Source: Mycobacterium tuberculosis H37Rv (GTDB lineage: Bacteria; Actinomycetota; Actinomycetes; Mycobacteriales; Mycobacteriaceae). Taken from it: DNA of 32,000 nucleotides. This document shows positions 20,512-31,039 of the stretch, one piece after another. Made by a program: the position numbers and the translations under genes. Where the stretch lies: contig NC_000962.3 of NCBI RefSeq assembly GCF_000195955.2, positions 3,000,001-3,032,000 on the forward strand, read 5' to 3'. The notes under the pieces are model-generated. The model worked only from the letters and a program-made list of their open reading frames with translations. It did not search any database and was not told the origin of the DNA. How positions within the stretch are numbered: position 1 is the first letter of the stretch; every line of letters begins with the position of its first letter.

Positions 20512-20572
20512 ACCGAACTCACCCGTCCACAATGCCGGTAGCGCGCGCAGTTTTCGGTAATGCTGGACTGGT

Positions 20573-21547
20573 ATGAGCGACCAGGTCCCCAAGCCACACC
20601 GCCACCACATCTGGCGAATCACCCGTAGGACTTTGTCCAAAAGCTGGGACGACTCGATCTTCTCGGAGTCAGCGCAAGCGGCTTTTTGGTCGGCCTTGTC
20701 TTTGCCGCCGCTACTGCTGGGAATGCTGGGCAGTCTGGCCTACGTTGCTCCGCTATTCGGCCCGGACACCTTGCCCGCGATTGAAAAGAGCGCGCTTTCG
20801 ACGGCCCACAGCTTTTTCTCCCCCAGTGTGGTCAACGAGATCATCGAGCCCACCATCGGCGATATCACCAACAACGCCCGCGGTGAGGTGGCGTCGCTGG
20901 GCTTCTTGATCTCGCTGTGGGCAGGATCGTCGGCAATCTCGGCGTTCGTCGATGCAGTGGTGGAAGCGCACGACCAGACACCGCTACGCCACCCGGTCCG
21001 GCAACGCTTCTTTGCGCTCTTCCTCTACGTGGTGATGTTGGTGTTCCTAGTAGCGACCGCACCGGTAATGGTGGTGGGTCCACGCAAGGTAAGCGAGCAC
21101 ATCCCGGAGAGCTTGGCCAACCTGCTGCGCTACGGCTACTACCCCGCGCTTATTCTCGGTCTAACCGTCGGGGTCATCCTGCTATACCGGGTGGCACTAC
21201 CGGTACCCCTGCCGACGCATCGGCTGGTCCTAGGCGCGGTGCTTGCGATAGCGGTCTTCCTGATCGCCACCTTGGGCTTGCGGGTCTACCTCGCGTGGAT
21301 CACCCGCACTGGCTACACCTACGGAGCGCTGGCCACGCCGATCGCGTTTCTGTTATTCGCCTTCTTTGGCGGCTTTGCGATCATGCTCGGCGCTGAACTC
21401 AACGCCGCCGTCCAGGAGGAATGGCCGGCGCCGGCGACGCATGCCCACCGACTGGGCAATTGGCTAAAGGCCCGCATCGGCGTCGGCACGACGACGTATT
21501 CTTCGACAGCCCAGCACAGCGCCGTCGCTGCCGAGCCGCCGAGCTAG
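20573..21547 (+). CDS. YihY/BrkB-family integral membrane protein (Rv2707-like)
   Basis: 324 aa with multiple transmembrane segments and TFVYG-like GYTYGALATPIAFLLFAFFGGFAIMLGAELNA. Confidence 0.92.
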   Translation: MSDQVPKPHRHHIWRITRRTLSKSWDDSIFSESAQAAFWSALSLPPLLLGMLGSLAYVAPLFGPDTLPAIEKSALSTAHSFFSPSVVNEIIEPTIGDITNNARGEVASLGFLISLWAGSSAISAFVDAVVEAHDQTPLRHPVRQRFFALFLYVVMLVFLVATAPVMVVGPRKVSEHIPESLANLLRYGYYPALILGLTVGVILLYRVALPVPLPTHRLVLGAVLAIAVFLIATLGLRVYLAWITRTGYTYGALATPIAFLLFAFFGGFAIMLGAELNAAVQEEWPAPATHAHRLGNWLKARIGVGTTTYSSTAQHSAVAAEPPS

Positions 21548-21796
21548 TCAGCCCTTCTTGAGGGTGTCGTAAATCCGCTTGCAATCGGGACAGACCGGCG
21601 AGCCCGGCTTGGGCGCGCGGGTAACGGGAAACACCTCGCCACACAACGCCACCACGTGGCTACCCATGACCGCGCTCTCAGCGATCTTGTCTTTCTTGAC
21701 GTAGTGGAAGTATTTCGGTGTGTCGCTGCCGGTCCCGTCGTCGACGCGTTCGTCGGCGTCGGTACGTTCAATCGTCTGGGTCTGCATACCTGACAT
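21548..21796 (-). CDS. Small conserved protein, DUF3039-like (Rv2708c-like)
   Basis: 82 aa from MSGMQTQTIERTD; HVVALCGEVFPVTRAPKPGSPVCPDCKRIYDTL; ORF open to 22060. Confidence 0.88.
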   Translation of the reverse strand: MSGMQTQTIERTDADERVDDGTGSDTPKYFHYVKKDKIAESAVMGSHVVALCGEVFPVTRAPKPGSPVCPDCKRIYDTLKKG

Positions 21797-21838
21797 TGTG
21801 CCCTTGGCAGGAAAGCTCTCGAAGCCGGAGTGCACTGC

Positions 21839-22285
21839 ATGTGGGACAGTAGAGTAATGAAGCACGGCTTGAGGCTGGGTTTCAATGGCCAGTTCGACGA
21901 CTTCGACGACTTCGACGATAAGGGCCGGCCGGTACTGATTACTGCCGCCGCTCCCTCGTATGAGGTGGAGCATCGCACACGGGTGCGTAAGTACCTGACC
22001 CTGATGGCATTCCGGGTCCCCGCGCTCATTCTGGCCGCCATCGCCTACGGCGCCTGGCACAACGGACTGATCTCGCTACTGATCGTGGCAGCCTCGGTGC
22101 CGTTGCCATGGATGGCCGTTCTGATCGCTAACGACCGACCGCCGCGCCGCGCCGACGAACCCCGCCGCTTCGACGTCGCCCGCCGGCGCATCCCGCTGTT
22201 CCCGACCGCCGAACGGCCCGCACTCGAGCCGCGGCGACAGCCGGCAGAGCGGTCAGCCCCGCGGGGATTCGCCGACCACGGTTAG
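21839..22285 (+). CDS. Conserved membrane protein, DUF3099-like (Rv2709-like)
   Basis: About 148 aa with two transmembrane segments; alternative ATG start at 21857 ([11 protein letters not shown]). Confidence 0.82.
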   Translation: MWDSRVMKHGLRLGFNGQFDDFDDFDDKGRPVLITAAAPSYEVEHRTRVRKYLTLMAFRVPALILAAIAYGAWHNGLISLLIVAASVPLPWMAVLIANDRPPRRADEPRRFDVARRRIPLFPTAERPALEPRRQPAERSAPRGFADHG

Positions 22286-22396
22286 CCGTCTGTTGGCCGG
22301 CGTTCCGGGTTGTCGGCCACTGGCCACACTTCTCAGGACTTTCTCAGGTCTTCGGCAGATTCCTGCACGTCACAGGGCGTCAGATCACTGCTGGGT

Positions 22397-22423
22397 GGGA
22401 ACTCAAAGTCCGGCTTTGTCGTT
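22397..22423 (+). promoter_or_regulatory. SigE/SigH-type promoter upstream of sigB
   Basis: GGGAAC (22397-22402), 17-nt spacer, CGTT (22420-22423); 37 bp upstream of the sigB start codon. Confidence 0.75.
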
Positions 22424-22460
22424 AAACCCCATGACAGTGCAAGCCGATCGGGAGGTCGCT

Positions 22461-23432
22461 ATGGCCGATGCACCCACAAGGGCCACCACAAGCCGGGTTG
22501 ACAGCGATCTGGATGCTCAAAGCCCCGCGGCGGACCTCGTGCGCGTCTATCTGAACGGCATCGGCAAGACGGCGTTGCTCAACGCCGCCGGTGAAGTCGA
22601 ACTGGCCAAGCGCATAGAAGCCGGGTTGTATGCCGAGCATCTGCTGGAAACCCGGAAGCGCCTCGGCGAGAACCGAAAACGCGACCTGGCGGCCGTGGTG
22701 CGTGATGGCGAGGCGGCGCGCCGCCACCTGCTGGAAGCAAACCTGCGGCTGGTGGTATCGCTGGCCAAGCGCTACACGGGTCGGGGCATGCCGTTGCTGG
22801 ACCTCATCCAGGAGGGCAACCTGGGTCTGATCCGAGCGATGGAGAAGTTCGACTACACAAAGGGATTCAAGTTCTCAACGTATGCCACGTGGTGGATCCG
22901 CCAGGCCATCACCCGCGGAATGGCCGACCAGAGCCGCACCATCCGCCTGCCCGTACACCTGGTTGAGCAGGTCAACAAGCTGGCGCGGATCAAGCGGGAG
23001 ATGCACCAGCATCTGGGTCGCGAAGCCACCGATGAGGAGCTCGCCGCCGAATCCGGCATTCCAATCGACAAGATCAACGACCTGCTGGAACACAGTCGCG
23101 ACCCGGTGAGTCTGGATATGCCGGTCGGCTCCGAGGAGGAGGCCCCTTTGGGCGATTTCATCGAGGACGCCGAAGCCATGTCCGCGGAGAACGCGGTCAT
23201 CGCCGAACTGTTACACACCGACATCCGCAGCGTGCTGGCCACTCTCGACGAGCGTGAGCACCAGGTGATCCGGCTGCGCTTCGGCCTGGATGACGGCCAA
23301 CCACGCACCCTGGATCAAATCGGCAAACTATTCGGGCTGTCCCGTGAGCGGGTTCGTCAGATCGAGCGCGACGTGATGAGTAAGCTGCGGCACGGTGAGC
23401 GGGCGGATCGGCTGCGGTCGTACGCCAGCTGA
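22461..23432 (+). CDS. sigB: Principal-like RNA polymerase sigma factor SigB (Rv2710)
   Basis: 323 aa from [16 protein letters not shown]; regions 2-4 nearly identical to the sigA product but lacking the long N-terminal extension. Confidence 0.97.
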   Translation: MADAPTRATTSRVDSDLDAQSPAADLVRVYLNGIGKTALLNAAGEVELAKRIEAGLYAEHLLETRKRLGENRKRDLAAVVRDGEAARRHLLEANLRLVVSLAKRYTGRGMPLLDLIQEGNLGLIRAMEKFDYTKGFKFSTYATWWIRQAITRGMADQSRTIRLPVHLVEQVNKLARIKREMHQHLGREATDEELAAESGIPIDKINDLLEHSRDPVSLDMPVGSEEEAPLGDFIEDAEAMSAENAVIAELLHTDIRSVLATLDEREHQVIRLRFGLDDGQPRTLDQIGKLFGLSRERVRQIERDVMSKLRHGERADRLRSYAS

Positions 23433-23460
23433 AGCTGGACATCCTGAGCCAGGTAGCAGA

Positions 23461-23494
23461 CGGTATGCCCGCCGCGCCAGCGGCGGGCATACCG
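23461..23494 (+). terminator. Strong hairpin downstream of sigB
   Basis: Perfect 15-bp stem CGGTATGCCCGCCGC / GCGGCGGGCATACCG with a 4-nt GCCA loop; no T-tract. Confidence 0.75.
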
Positions 23495-23564
23495 CTGCGG
23501 TGGGGCGGCGGGCAACCATTTTCGCAGCTGGCCAAGTAGACTCAGCTGCAATGGAGGGTGCTGA

Positions 23565-24257
23565 ATGAACGAGTTGGTTGATACCACCGAGATGTACCTG
23601 CGGACCATCTACGACCTCGAGGAAGAGGGCGTGACGCCACTGCGTGCCCGGATCGCCGAGCGGCTCGACCAGAGCGGGCCGACGGTCAGCCAGACCGTGT
23701 CCCGGATGGAGCGCGATGGGCTACTTCGGGTGGCTGGCGATCGCCACCTGGAGCTCACCGAAAAGGGCCGCGCGCTGGCCATCGCCGTGATGCGCAAGCA
23801 CCGCCTCGCCGAACGGCTCCTCGTCGATGTCATCGGGTTGCCGTGGGAAGAAGTTCACGCCGAGGCATGCCGGTGGGAGCACGTGATGAGCGAGGACGTC
23901 GAGCGACGGCTGGTCAAGGTGCTCAACAACCCGACCACGTCCCCGTTCGGCAACCCGATCCCGGGCCTGGTGGAACTTGGCGTGGGCCCGGAACCGGGCG
24001 CCGACGACGCCAACCTGGTCCGGTTGACCGAGTTGCCGGCCGGCTCGCCGGTCGCAGTCGTCGTCCGCCAGCTTACCGAGCACGTTCAGGGCGACATCGA
24101 CCTGATCACGCGGCTAAAAGACGCCGGCGTGGTGCCCAACGCACGAGTAACCGTCGAAACCACCCCAGGCGGCGGCGTGACCATCGTCATCCCGGGCCAT
24201 GAGAACGTCACCCTGCCACACGAGATGGCCCACGCGGTCAAGGTCGAGAAAGTCTGA
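23565..24257 (+). CDS. ideR: Iron-dependent repressor IdeR (Rv2711)
   Basis: 230 aa; MNELVDTTEMYLRTIYDLEEEGVTPLRARIAERLDQSGPTVSQTVSRMERDGLL; metal-binding CRWEHVMSEDVE. Confidence 0.98.
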   Translation: MNELVDTTEMYLRTIYDLEEEGVTPLRARIAERLDQSGPTVSQTVSRMERDGLLRVAGDRHLELTEKGRALAIAVMRKHRLAERLLVDVIGLPWEEVHAEACRWEHVMSEDVERRLVKVLNNPTTSPFGNPIPGLVELGVGPEPGADDANLVRLTELPAGSPVAVVVRQLTEHVQGDIDLITRLKDAGVVPNARVTVETTPGGGVTIVIPGHENVTLPHEMAHAVKVEKV

Positions 24258-24269
24258 GCTAACCCGCAC

Positions 24270-25328
24270 CTACCCTGCGCGTTGACCGAACGCACGTCGA
24301 GGCGGCAGTCGTATTCCGAGTTGTTCAGCCCGTTGGTAGCCGGTGACCGCGATGTCACGGATGTGCTCAGGTCGCAGACCAGACTGCAGTGCCGTGTCCA
24401 GCATGCCCGCCATCCGATGGCCCGGCTCACAGCACAGCGCAGCCTGCAGCGAAACACCGGCCAGCGGCCCGTCACCGCGGGCATAGGCGCTGAACGCGAG
24501 CAACACCAGGGCCTCCACCCGCCACGGTTCGGGCAGCACCCGCGCCAGTAACGCCCACAATGACTCGGCCGCACCAGCATTCTCGCCGACGGCAAGGGCA
24601 TACAGCATGTCGCGGACCCGCGCGTCGCCCAGTGCGCAACCCAGCCGCGCCAGCTCCGTGTCGGACAAGGACTGACCGTCTGCGACCCGGGCCGCGGCGG
24701 CCAGCGCATTTTCCACATCCTGGCGGCTGCAGCCGACCGAATCAGCACGGTGTGCGATCTCTCGGTCAGCCGCTTGGTGTCCTAGCGCAACGGCAAGCTC
24801 GGCGGAGCGCACAGGGTCGTCCACGGCGATGACGGCCTGCAGGTCGGAGCGCCGCGGGTAGAGCTGCCTGCCGTCCAGCACCGCCGCCATCGCCAACGGC
24901 GACGCCGACGGATCGTCGATAACGCCGCTGCAGCCGCAGCCGTCCACACAATGCCAGCGCCCGCCAGCGGCTACCCGGTCTACCACGTGCGCTGCCCATA
25001 GCACGATGTCGCGCTGCGACAACGCCGCCGCGAGCGCCGCGCACAGCTGCCGGTACTCCTCATTGCATCGCGGACACTGGGCTCCGTTCGCGTCAACGAT
25101 CACCGCGATCGCGGCCGCCGGGTTCGCCGCGGCGACAAGTTCTGCGAGATGGCCAACCCGATCGGCGAGTTCATCACAGAGGTCGGCGCGCATCACCGAC
25201 CCTAGTTCCCCCGCTGCCAACGACACCAGAACCAGCGATTTTTCCGGCACGAAGCCGAGGATGGCCGGTAGCGCGGCGATCAGTGTTGCAGGGCGGTTGA
25301 GTTCAAATTGTCCTCGATACTTCGTCAT
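24270..25328 (-). CDS. Conserved protein, DUF4192-like (Rv2712c-like)
   Basis: 352 aa from [37 protein letters not shown]. Confidence 0.87.
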
Positions 25329-25440
25329 GAATGCCACGCTGACTACCGGCACCGTCAGCCGGTGCCCACGTCACGCGATCGAGCTGCCTTCCTGTGGACG
25401 AAGGCGTAACTGTGCGTTCTACTGTCATTTCATGGGGTCG

Positions 25441-26847
25441 ATGCGTGAATACGACATCGTGGTGATCGGGTCAGGCCCGGGCGGACAGAAAGCCGCCATC
25501 GCCTCGGCGAAGCTGGGCAAGTCCGTGGCCATCGTCGAACGCGGCCGAATGCTCGGCGGCGTCTGCGTCAACACAGGCACGATCCCATCCAAAACGTTGC
25601 GTGAGGCTGTGCTCTACCTCACCGGCATGAACCAACGCGAGCTGTACGGCGCAAGCTACCGCGTGAAGGACCGGATCACCCCGGCCGACCTGTTGGCGCG
25701 GACCCAGCACGTGATCGGCAAGGAAGTCGACGTGGTGCGCAACCAGCTGATGCGTAACCGCGTCGATCTGATCGTGGGCCATGGCCGGTTCATCGACCCG
25801 CACACCATCCTCGTGGAGGACCAGGCCCGCAGGGAAAAGACCACCGTCACCGGCGACTACATCATCATCGCCACTGGCACCAGGCCGGCACGGCCATCCG
25901 GAGTCGAATTTGACGAAGAACGGGTGCTCGACTCCGACGGGATCCTCGATCTCAAATCGCTGCCATCCTCGATGGTCGTGGTCGGTGCCGGCGTGATCGG
26001 CATCGAATACGCCTCCATGTTCGCTGCGTTGGGCACCAAAGTCACCGTCGTGGAGAAGCGGGACAACATGCTGGACTTCTGCGACCCCGAGGTCGTCGAG
26101 GCGCTGAAATTCCACCTGCGCGACCTGGCGGTGACATTCCGGTTCGGCGAGGAAGTGACCGCGGTCGATGTCGGCTCTGCGGGCACCGTGACCACCCTGG
26201 CCAGCGGCAAACAGATTCCAGCCGAGACCGTAATGTACTCGGCGGGACGTCAGGGACAAACCGACCACCTCGACCTGCACAACGCCGGACTCGAGGTGCA
26301 GGGCCGCGGGCGGATCTTCGTAGACGACCGTTTCCAGACCAAGGTAGACCACATCTACGCCGTCGGCGACGTCATTGGCTTCCCCGCCTTGGCCGCGACG
26401 TCGATGGAGCAGGGGCGGCTGGCCGCCTACCACGCCTTCGGCGAACCAACCGACGGAATCACCGAACTTCAGCCGATCGGTATTTATTCGATTCCCGAGG
26501 TGTCCTACGTCGGCGCCACCGAGGTGGAACTGACCAAGAGCTCCATCCCATACGAGGTGGGAGTGGCCCGCTACCGGGAGCTGGCCCGCGGCCAAATCGC
26601 CGGCGACTCCTACGGCATGCTCAAGCTGCTGGTTTCCACCGAGGATCTCAAGCTGCTCGGCGTGCATATCTTCGGCACCAGCGCCACCGAGATGGTGCAC
26701 ATCGGGCAGGCCGTGATGGGATGCGGGGGCAGCGTCGAGTACCTGGTCGACGCGGTGTTCAACTACCCGACCTTCTCGGAGGCCTACAAGAACGCCGCAC
26801 TGGACGTGATGAACAAGATGCGCGCACTCAACCAGTTCCGCCGCTGA
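25441..26847 (+). CDS. sthA: Soluble pyridine nucleotide transhydrogenase (Rv2713)
   Basis: 468 aa from [35 protein letters not shown]; [19 protein letters not shown]; [24 protein letters not shown]. Confidence 0.95.
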
Positions 26848-26882
26848 GGGTGCCGAGCGGATGTGAATCCGTCTCGGCGCCC
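26848..26882 (+). terminator. Strong hairpin immediately after the sthA stop codon
   Basis: GGGTGCCGAGCGGAT / ATCCG-t-CTCGGCGCCC with GTGA loop; 15 pairs, one G-U wobble, one 1-nt bulge. Confidence 0.7.
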
Positions 26883-27064
26883 AAGTAGGCTTGCCAGCAA
26901 ATTCGCCGCCGCCCACGAACGGTCGGCGTCGAACGTGGCCCCGCGCTTTTGGCGTTGTGCAGCACAGCGGCAGCCAGGGTTGGCTGTTCAATCATTGCTG
27001 TCCGCTGATTTGAGGGACACTGGTTACGGCACCTCGGCGACAACCCCGAGAGGAGGCAACACCC

Positions 27065-28039
27065 ATGGCTCGCGATCAAGGCGCAGACGAAGCGCGAGAA
27101 TATGAGCCGGGGCAACCCGGCATGTACGAGCTTGAGTTCCCGGCGCCTCAGCTGTCGTCGTCCGACGGCCGTGGTCCGGTGTTGGTGCACGCTTTGGAAG
27201 GTTTCTCCGACGCCGGCCATGCGATCCGGCTGGCCGCCGCCCACCTCAAGGCGGCCCTGGACACAGAGCTGGTCGCGTCCTTCGCGATCGATGAACTACT
27301 GGACTACCGCTCGCGGCGGCCATTAATGACTTTCAAGACCGATCATTTCACCCACTCCGATGATCCTGAGCTAAGCCTGTATGCGCTGCGCGACAGCATC
27401 GGCACCCCATTTCTGCTGCTGGCGGGTTTGGAGCCGGACCTGAAGTGGGAGCGGTTCATCACCGCCGTCCGATTGCTGGCCGAGCGCCTGGGTGTACGGC
27501 AGACCATCGGCCTGGGCACCGTCCCGATGGCCGTTCCGCACACACGACCGATCACGATGACCGCTCATTCCAACAACCGGGAGCTGATCTCCGATTTTCA
27601 ACCGTCGATCTCCGAAATCCAGGTCCCGGGTAGCGCTTCCAACCTACTGGAATACCGGATGGCCCAGCACGGTCATGAGGTCGTCGGGTTCACCGTGCAC
27701 GTCCCGCACTATCTCACGCAGACCGACTATCCCGCGGCCGCCCAAGCGCTGCTCGAACAAGTGGCCAAGACCGGTTCTCTGCAGCTGCCGCTGGCCGTGC
27801 TAGCCGAAGCAGCCGCAGAGGTCCAGGCCAAGATCGACGAGCAGGTCCAGGCAAGCGCCGAAGTGGCTCAAGTGGTGGCGGCCCTTGAGCGCCAGTACGA
27901 TGCCTTCATCGACGCTCAGGAGAACAGGTCGTTGCTAACGCGCGACGAAGATCTGCCGAGCGGCGACGAGCTCGGTGCCGAGTTTGAGCGGTTCCTGGCT
28001 CAGCAGGCCGAGAAGAAGTCCGACGACGACCCGACCTAA
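27065..28039 (+). CDS. PAC2-family protein (Rv2714-like)
   Basis: 324 aa; VLVHALEGFSDAGHAIRLAAAHL and VGFTVHVPHYLTQTDYPAAAQALLEQ. Confidence 0.9.
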   Translation: MARDQGADEAREYEPGQPGMYELEFPAPQLSSSDGRGPVLVHALEGFSDAGHAIRLAAAHLKAALDTELVASFAIDELLDYRSRRPLMTFKTDHFTHSDDPELSLYALRDSIGTPFLLLAGLEPDLKWERFITAVRLLAERLGVRQTIGLGTVPMAVPHTRPITMTAHSNNRELISDFQPSISEIQVPGSASNLLEYRMAQHGHEVVGFTVHVPHYLTQTDYPAAAQALLEQVAKTGSLQLPLAVLAEAAAEVQAKIDEQVQASAEVAQVVAALERQYDAFIDAQENRSLLTRDEDLPSGDELGAEFERFLAQQAEKKSDDDPT

Positions 28040-28097
28040 CGCCGCGAAAGCGGCCCACAAAACGGCCCCAGTCGGCCCGACAACAAGATTGGCGAGG

Positions 28098-29123
28098 ATG
28101 ACCGAGCGGAAGCGAAATCTTCGGCCAGTGCGCGACGTGGCACCGCCTACGCTGCAGTTCCGCACCGTCCACGGTTATCGGCGGGCATTCCGGATCGCCG
28201 GTTCCGGGCCGGCGATTCTGCTTATCCACGGGATAGGTGACAATTCCACCACCTGGAATGGGGTGCACGCCAAGCTCGCCCAACGATTCACCGTCATCGC
28301 TCCGGATCTACTGGGCCACGGGCAATCCGACAAGCCGCGTGCCGACTATTCGGTTGCGGCTTACGCCAACGGCATGCGGGACCTCCTCAGCGTGCTCGAC
28401 ATCGAGCGGGTGACCATCGTGGGCCATTCGCTCGGCGGCGGGGTAGCAATGCAATTCGCCTACCAGTTCCCTCAGCTAGTCGACCGACTGATCCTGGTCA
28501 GCGCGGGCGGTGTCACCAAGGACGTCAACATCGTCTTCCGGTTGGCCTCGTTGCCCATGGGCAGCGAGGCTATGGCCTTGCTACGGTTGCCGCTGGTGCT
28601 GCCGGCAGTGCAAATCGCCGGGCGGATCGTGGGTAAGGCCATCGGTACCACCAGCTTGGGGCACGACCTGCCCAATGTGCTGCGCATTTTGGACGACCTG
28701 CCAGAGCCGACGGCTTCTGCGGCGTTCGGCCGCACCCTGCGGGCAGTGGTGGACTGGCGGGGGCAGATGGTCACCATGCTGGACCGATGCTATTTGACCG
28801 AAGCCATCCCGGTACAGATCATCTGGGGCACAAAGGATGTCGTGCTGCCAGTCCGTCACGCTCACATGGCGCATGCCGCCATGCCGGGCTCGCAATTGGA
28901 GATTTTCGAGGGCTCGGGACATTTCCCGTTTCACGACGACCCTGCGCGCTTCATCGACATCGTCGAACGCTTCATGGACACCACTGAGCCCGCCGAATAC
29001 GACCAGGCCGCGCTGCGCGCGTTGCTTCGCCGGGGTGGCGGCGAAGCAACCGTCACCGGCTCGGCAGACACCCGTGTTGCAGTACTGAACGCCATCGGGT
29101 CCAACGAACGCAGCGCTACCTGA
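28098..29123 (+). CDS. Alpha/beta hydrolase (Rv2715-like)
   Basis: 341 aa; ILLIHGIGDNSTTWNG, IVGHSLGGGVAMQFAYQFP nucleophile elbow, EIFEGSGHFPFHDDPARF. Confidence 0.93.
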   Translation: MTERKRNLRPVRDVAPPTLQFRTVHGYRRAFRIAGSGPAILLIHGIGDNSTTWNGVHAKLAQRFTVIAPDLLGHGQSDKPRADYSVAAYANGMRDLLSVLDIERVTIVGHSLGGGVAMQFAYQFPQLVDRLILVSAGGVTKDVNIVFRLASLPMGSEAMALLRLPLVLPAVQIAGRIVGKAIGTTSLGHDLPNVLRILDDLPEPTASAAFGRTLRAVVDWRGQMVTMLDRCYLTEAIPVQIIWGTKDVVLPVRHAHMAHAAMPGSQLEIFEGSGHFPFHDDPARFIDIVERFMDTTEPAEYDQAALRALLRRGGGEATVTGSADTRVAVLNAIGSNERSAT

Positions 29124-29171
29124 TCACCACCGGGTCTGTTAGGGCTCTTCCCCAGGTCGTACAGTCGGGCC

Positions 29172-29858
29172 ATGGCCATTGAGGTTTCGGTGTTGCGGGT
29201 TTTCACCGATTCAGACGGGAATTTCGGTAATCCGCTGGGGGTGATCAACGCCAGCAAGGTCGAACACCGCGACAGGCAGCAGCTGGCAGCCCAATCGGGC
29301 TACAGCGAAACCATATTCGTCGATCTTCCCAGCCCCGGCTCAACCACCGCACACGCCACCATCCATACTCCCCGCACCGAAATTCCGTTCGCCGGACACC
29401 CGACCGTGGGAGCGTCCTGGTGGCTGCGCGAGAGGGGGACGCCAATTAACACGCTGCAGGTGCCGGCCGGCATCGTCCAGGTGAGCTACCACGGTGATCT
29501 CACCGCCATCAGCGCCCGCTCGGAATGGGCACCCGAGTTCGCCATCCACGACCTGGATTCACTTGATGCGCTTGCCGCCGCCGACCCCGCCGACTTTCCG
29601 GACGACATCGCGCACTACCTCTGGACCTGGACCGACCGCTCCGCTGGCTCGCTGCGCGCCCGCATGTTTGCCGCCAACTTGGGCGTCACCGAAGACGAAG
29701 CGACCGGTGCCGCGGCCATCCGGATTACCGATTACCTCAGCCGTGACCTCACCATCACCCAGGGCAAAGGATCGTTGATCCACACCACCTGGAGTCCCGA
29801 GGGCTGGGTTCGGGTAGCCGGCCGAGTTGTCAGCGACGGTGTGGCACAACTCGACTGA
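29172..29858 (+). CDS. PhzF-family (phenazine-biosynthesis-like) epimerase/isomerase protein (Rv2716-like)
   Basis: 228 aa; [36 protein letters not shown]. Confidence 0.93.
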
Positions 29859-29866
29859 CGTAGAGC

Positions 29867-30361
29867 TCAGCGCTGCCGATGCAACACGGCGGCAAGGTGA
29901 TCCTGCAGGGGTTGCCCGACCGCGCGCATCTGCAACGAGTACGAAAGCTCGTCGCCGTCGATGCGGTAGGAACGGTCAAGGGCGGTCACCTCTTTTGCGG
30001 TCGGGGCCAATCCGATCGACCCATCCGCGCGTGTGGACAATTCGAGTTCGATGACGTCACCGGTCACCGAATAGGTTCCAACCTCAATTTCGGTGATGCC
30101 GCTTGGATGGGCGAGAACGAGTTCAACGCAGCCCGGTCGGCAAACGCGGAGATACCCCGTCTCGGAATGCAGCGGCTTCCCGTCAGCTACCGCCCTGGTC
30201 TGCTGTGTGTACGTCAGAAACGGTTTACCCACATGGGCGAATACGACTTCCTCGAGGTATTCGAACGGCCGGATGGTGGGGTACTTGCCCGCACCGCGAC
30301 CCGCCCAACTCCCCAGGAGGGGTGACAGCGCCTGCAGGGCAGGGGCCAGATCTCGGGTCAT
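29867..30361 (-). CDS. Nitrobindin-like / THAP4 heme-binding beta-barrel family protein (Rv2717c-like)
   Basis: 164 aa; LSPLLGSWAGRGAGKYPTIRPFEYLEEVVFAHVGKPFLTYTQQTRA, SETGYLRVC. Confidence 0.92.
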   Translation of the reverse strand: MTRDLAPALQALSPLLGSWAGRGAGKYPTIRPFEYLEEVVFAHVGKPFLTYTQQTRAVADGKPLHSETGYLRVCRPGCVELVLAHPSGITEIEVGTYSVTGDVIELELSTRADGSIGLAPTAKEVTALDRSYRIDGDELSYSLQMRAVGQPLQDHLAAVLHRQR

Positions 30362-30412
30362 CGCCCGCTTGCGGGGGACAGGCATGCGGGAAGCCTAGCG
30401 CCGCGAGATCGG

Positions 30413-30877
30413 TCAGCTGTGGGCTGATAGGTTGCGGTGCGCGCGAAGCGCCTCAATCTCGCGCGCGAAATCGTCCGCGGAAGAAAACGACCGGTAGACC
30501 GACGCGAACCGTAGGTAGGCCACCTCGTCAAGCTCGCGCAACGGGCCCAGGATAGCCAGGCCGACATCGTGACTCGGAATCTCCGGCGACCCCGCGGCAC
30601 GCACCGAATCCTCGACTTGCTGAGCCAGCAGGTTCAACGCATCGTCGTCGACCTGGCGTCCCTGGCACGCCCGGCGCACACCGCTGATCACCTTTTCCCT
30701 GCTGAAGGGTTCGGTAACGCCACTGCGCTTGACTACGGCCAGCACCGCGGTCTCTACGGTGGTGAATCGTCGTCCACATTCGGGGCACGACCTCCGGCGC
30801 CGGATCGCCTGGCCTTCATCGGTTTCCCGGGAATCGATCACCCGCGAATCGGGATGCCGGCAGAACGGGCAATGCAT
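30413..30877 (-). CDS. nrdR: Transcriptional repressor NrdR (Rv2718c)
   Basis: 154 aa; [44 protein letters not shown]; [14 protein letters not shown]. Confidence 0.97.
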   Translation of the reverse strand: MHCPFCRHPDSRVIDSRETDEGQAIRRRRSCPECGRRFTTVETAVLAVVKRSGVTEPFSREKVISGVRRACQGRQVDDDALNLLAQQVEDSVRAAGSPEIPSHDVGLAILGPLRELDEVAYLRFASVYRSFSSADDFAREIEALRAHRNLSAHS

Positions 30878-31039
30878 GGCCGCTCCTTTGCCGTCTTGAC
30901 ATCCGGGTATCACAGACGACTCCGAGCGTACCTGTGTGCTCCCGCGGGTAGCCACTGCAGTCACGACTGATGCGCATATTGCGTCGCGGTCACCCAGTAA
31001 CGTTGACACAGAACGGTTTTCGCGGACACCGGGATGGCC

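Noticed and set aside
20200-20640. 146-aa minus-strand ORF opposite the 62-aa zinc-ribbon-like ORF
   Set aside because: Low-complexity composition, no domain, spans neighbouring gene starts, and is less plausible than the + strand ORF. Ribo-seq would settle it.
25471-26991. 506-aa minus-strand ORF
   Set aside because: It is a shadow ORF antisense to sthA, whose product has complete flavoprotein disulfide reductase-family motifs.
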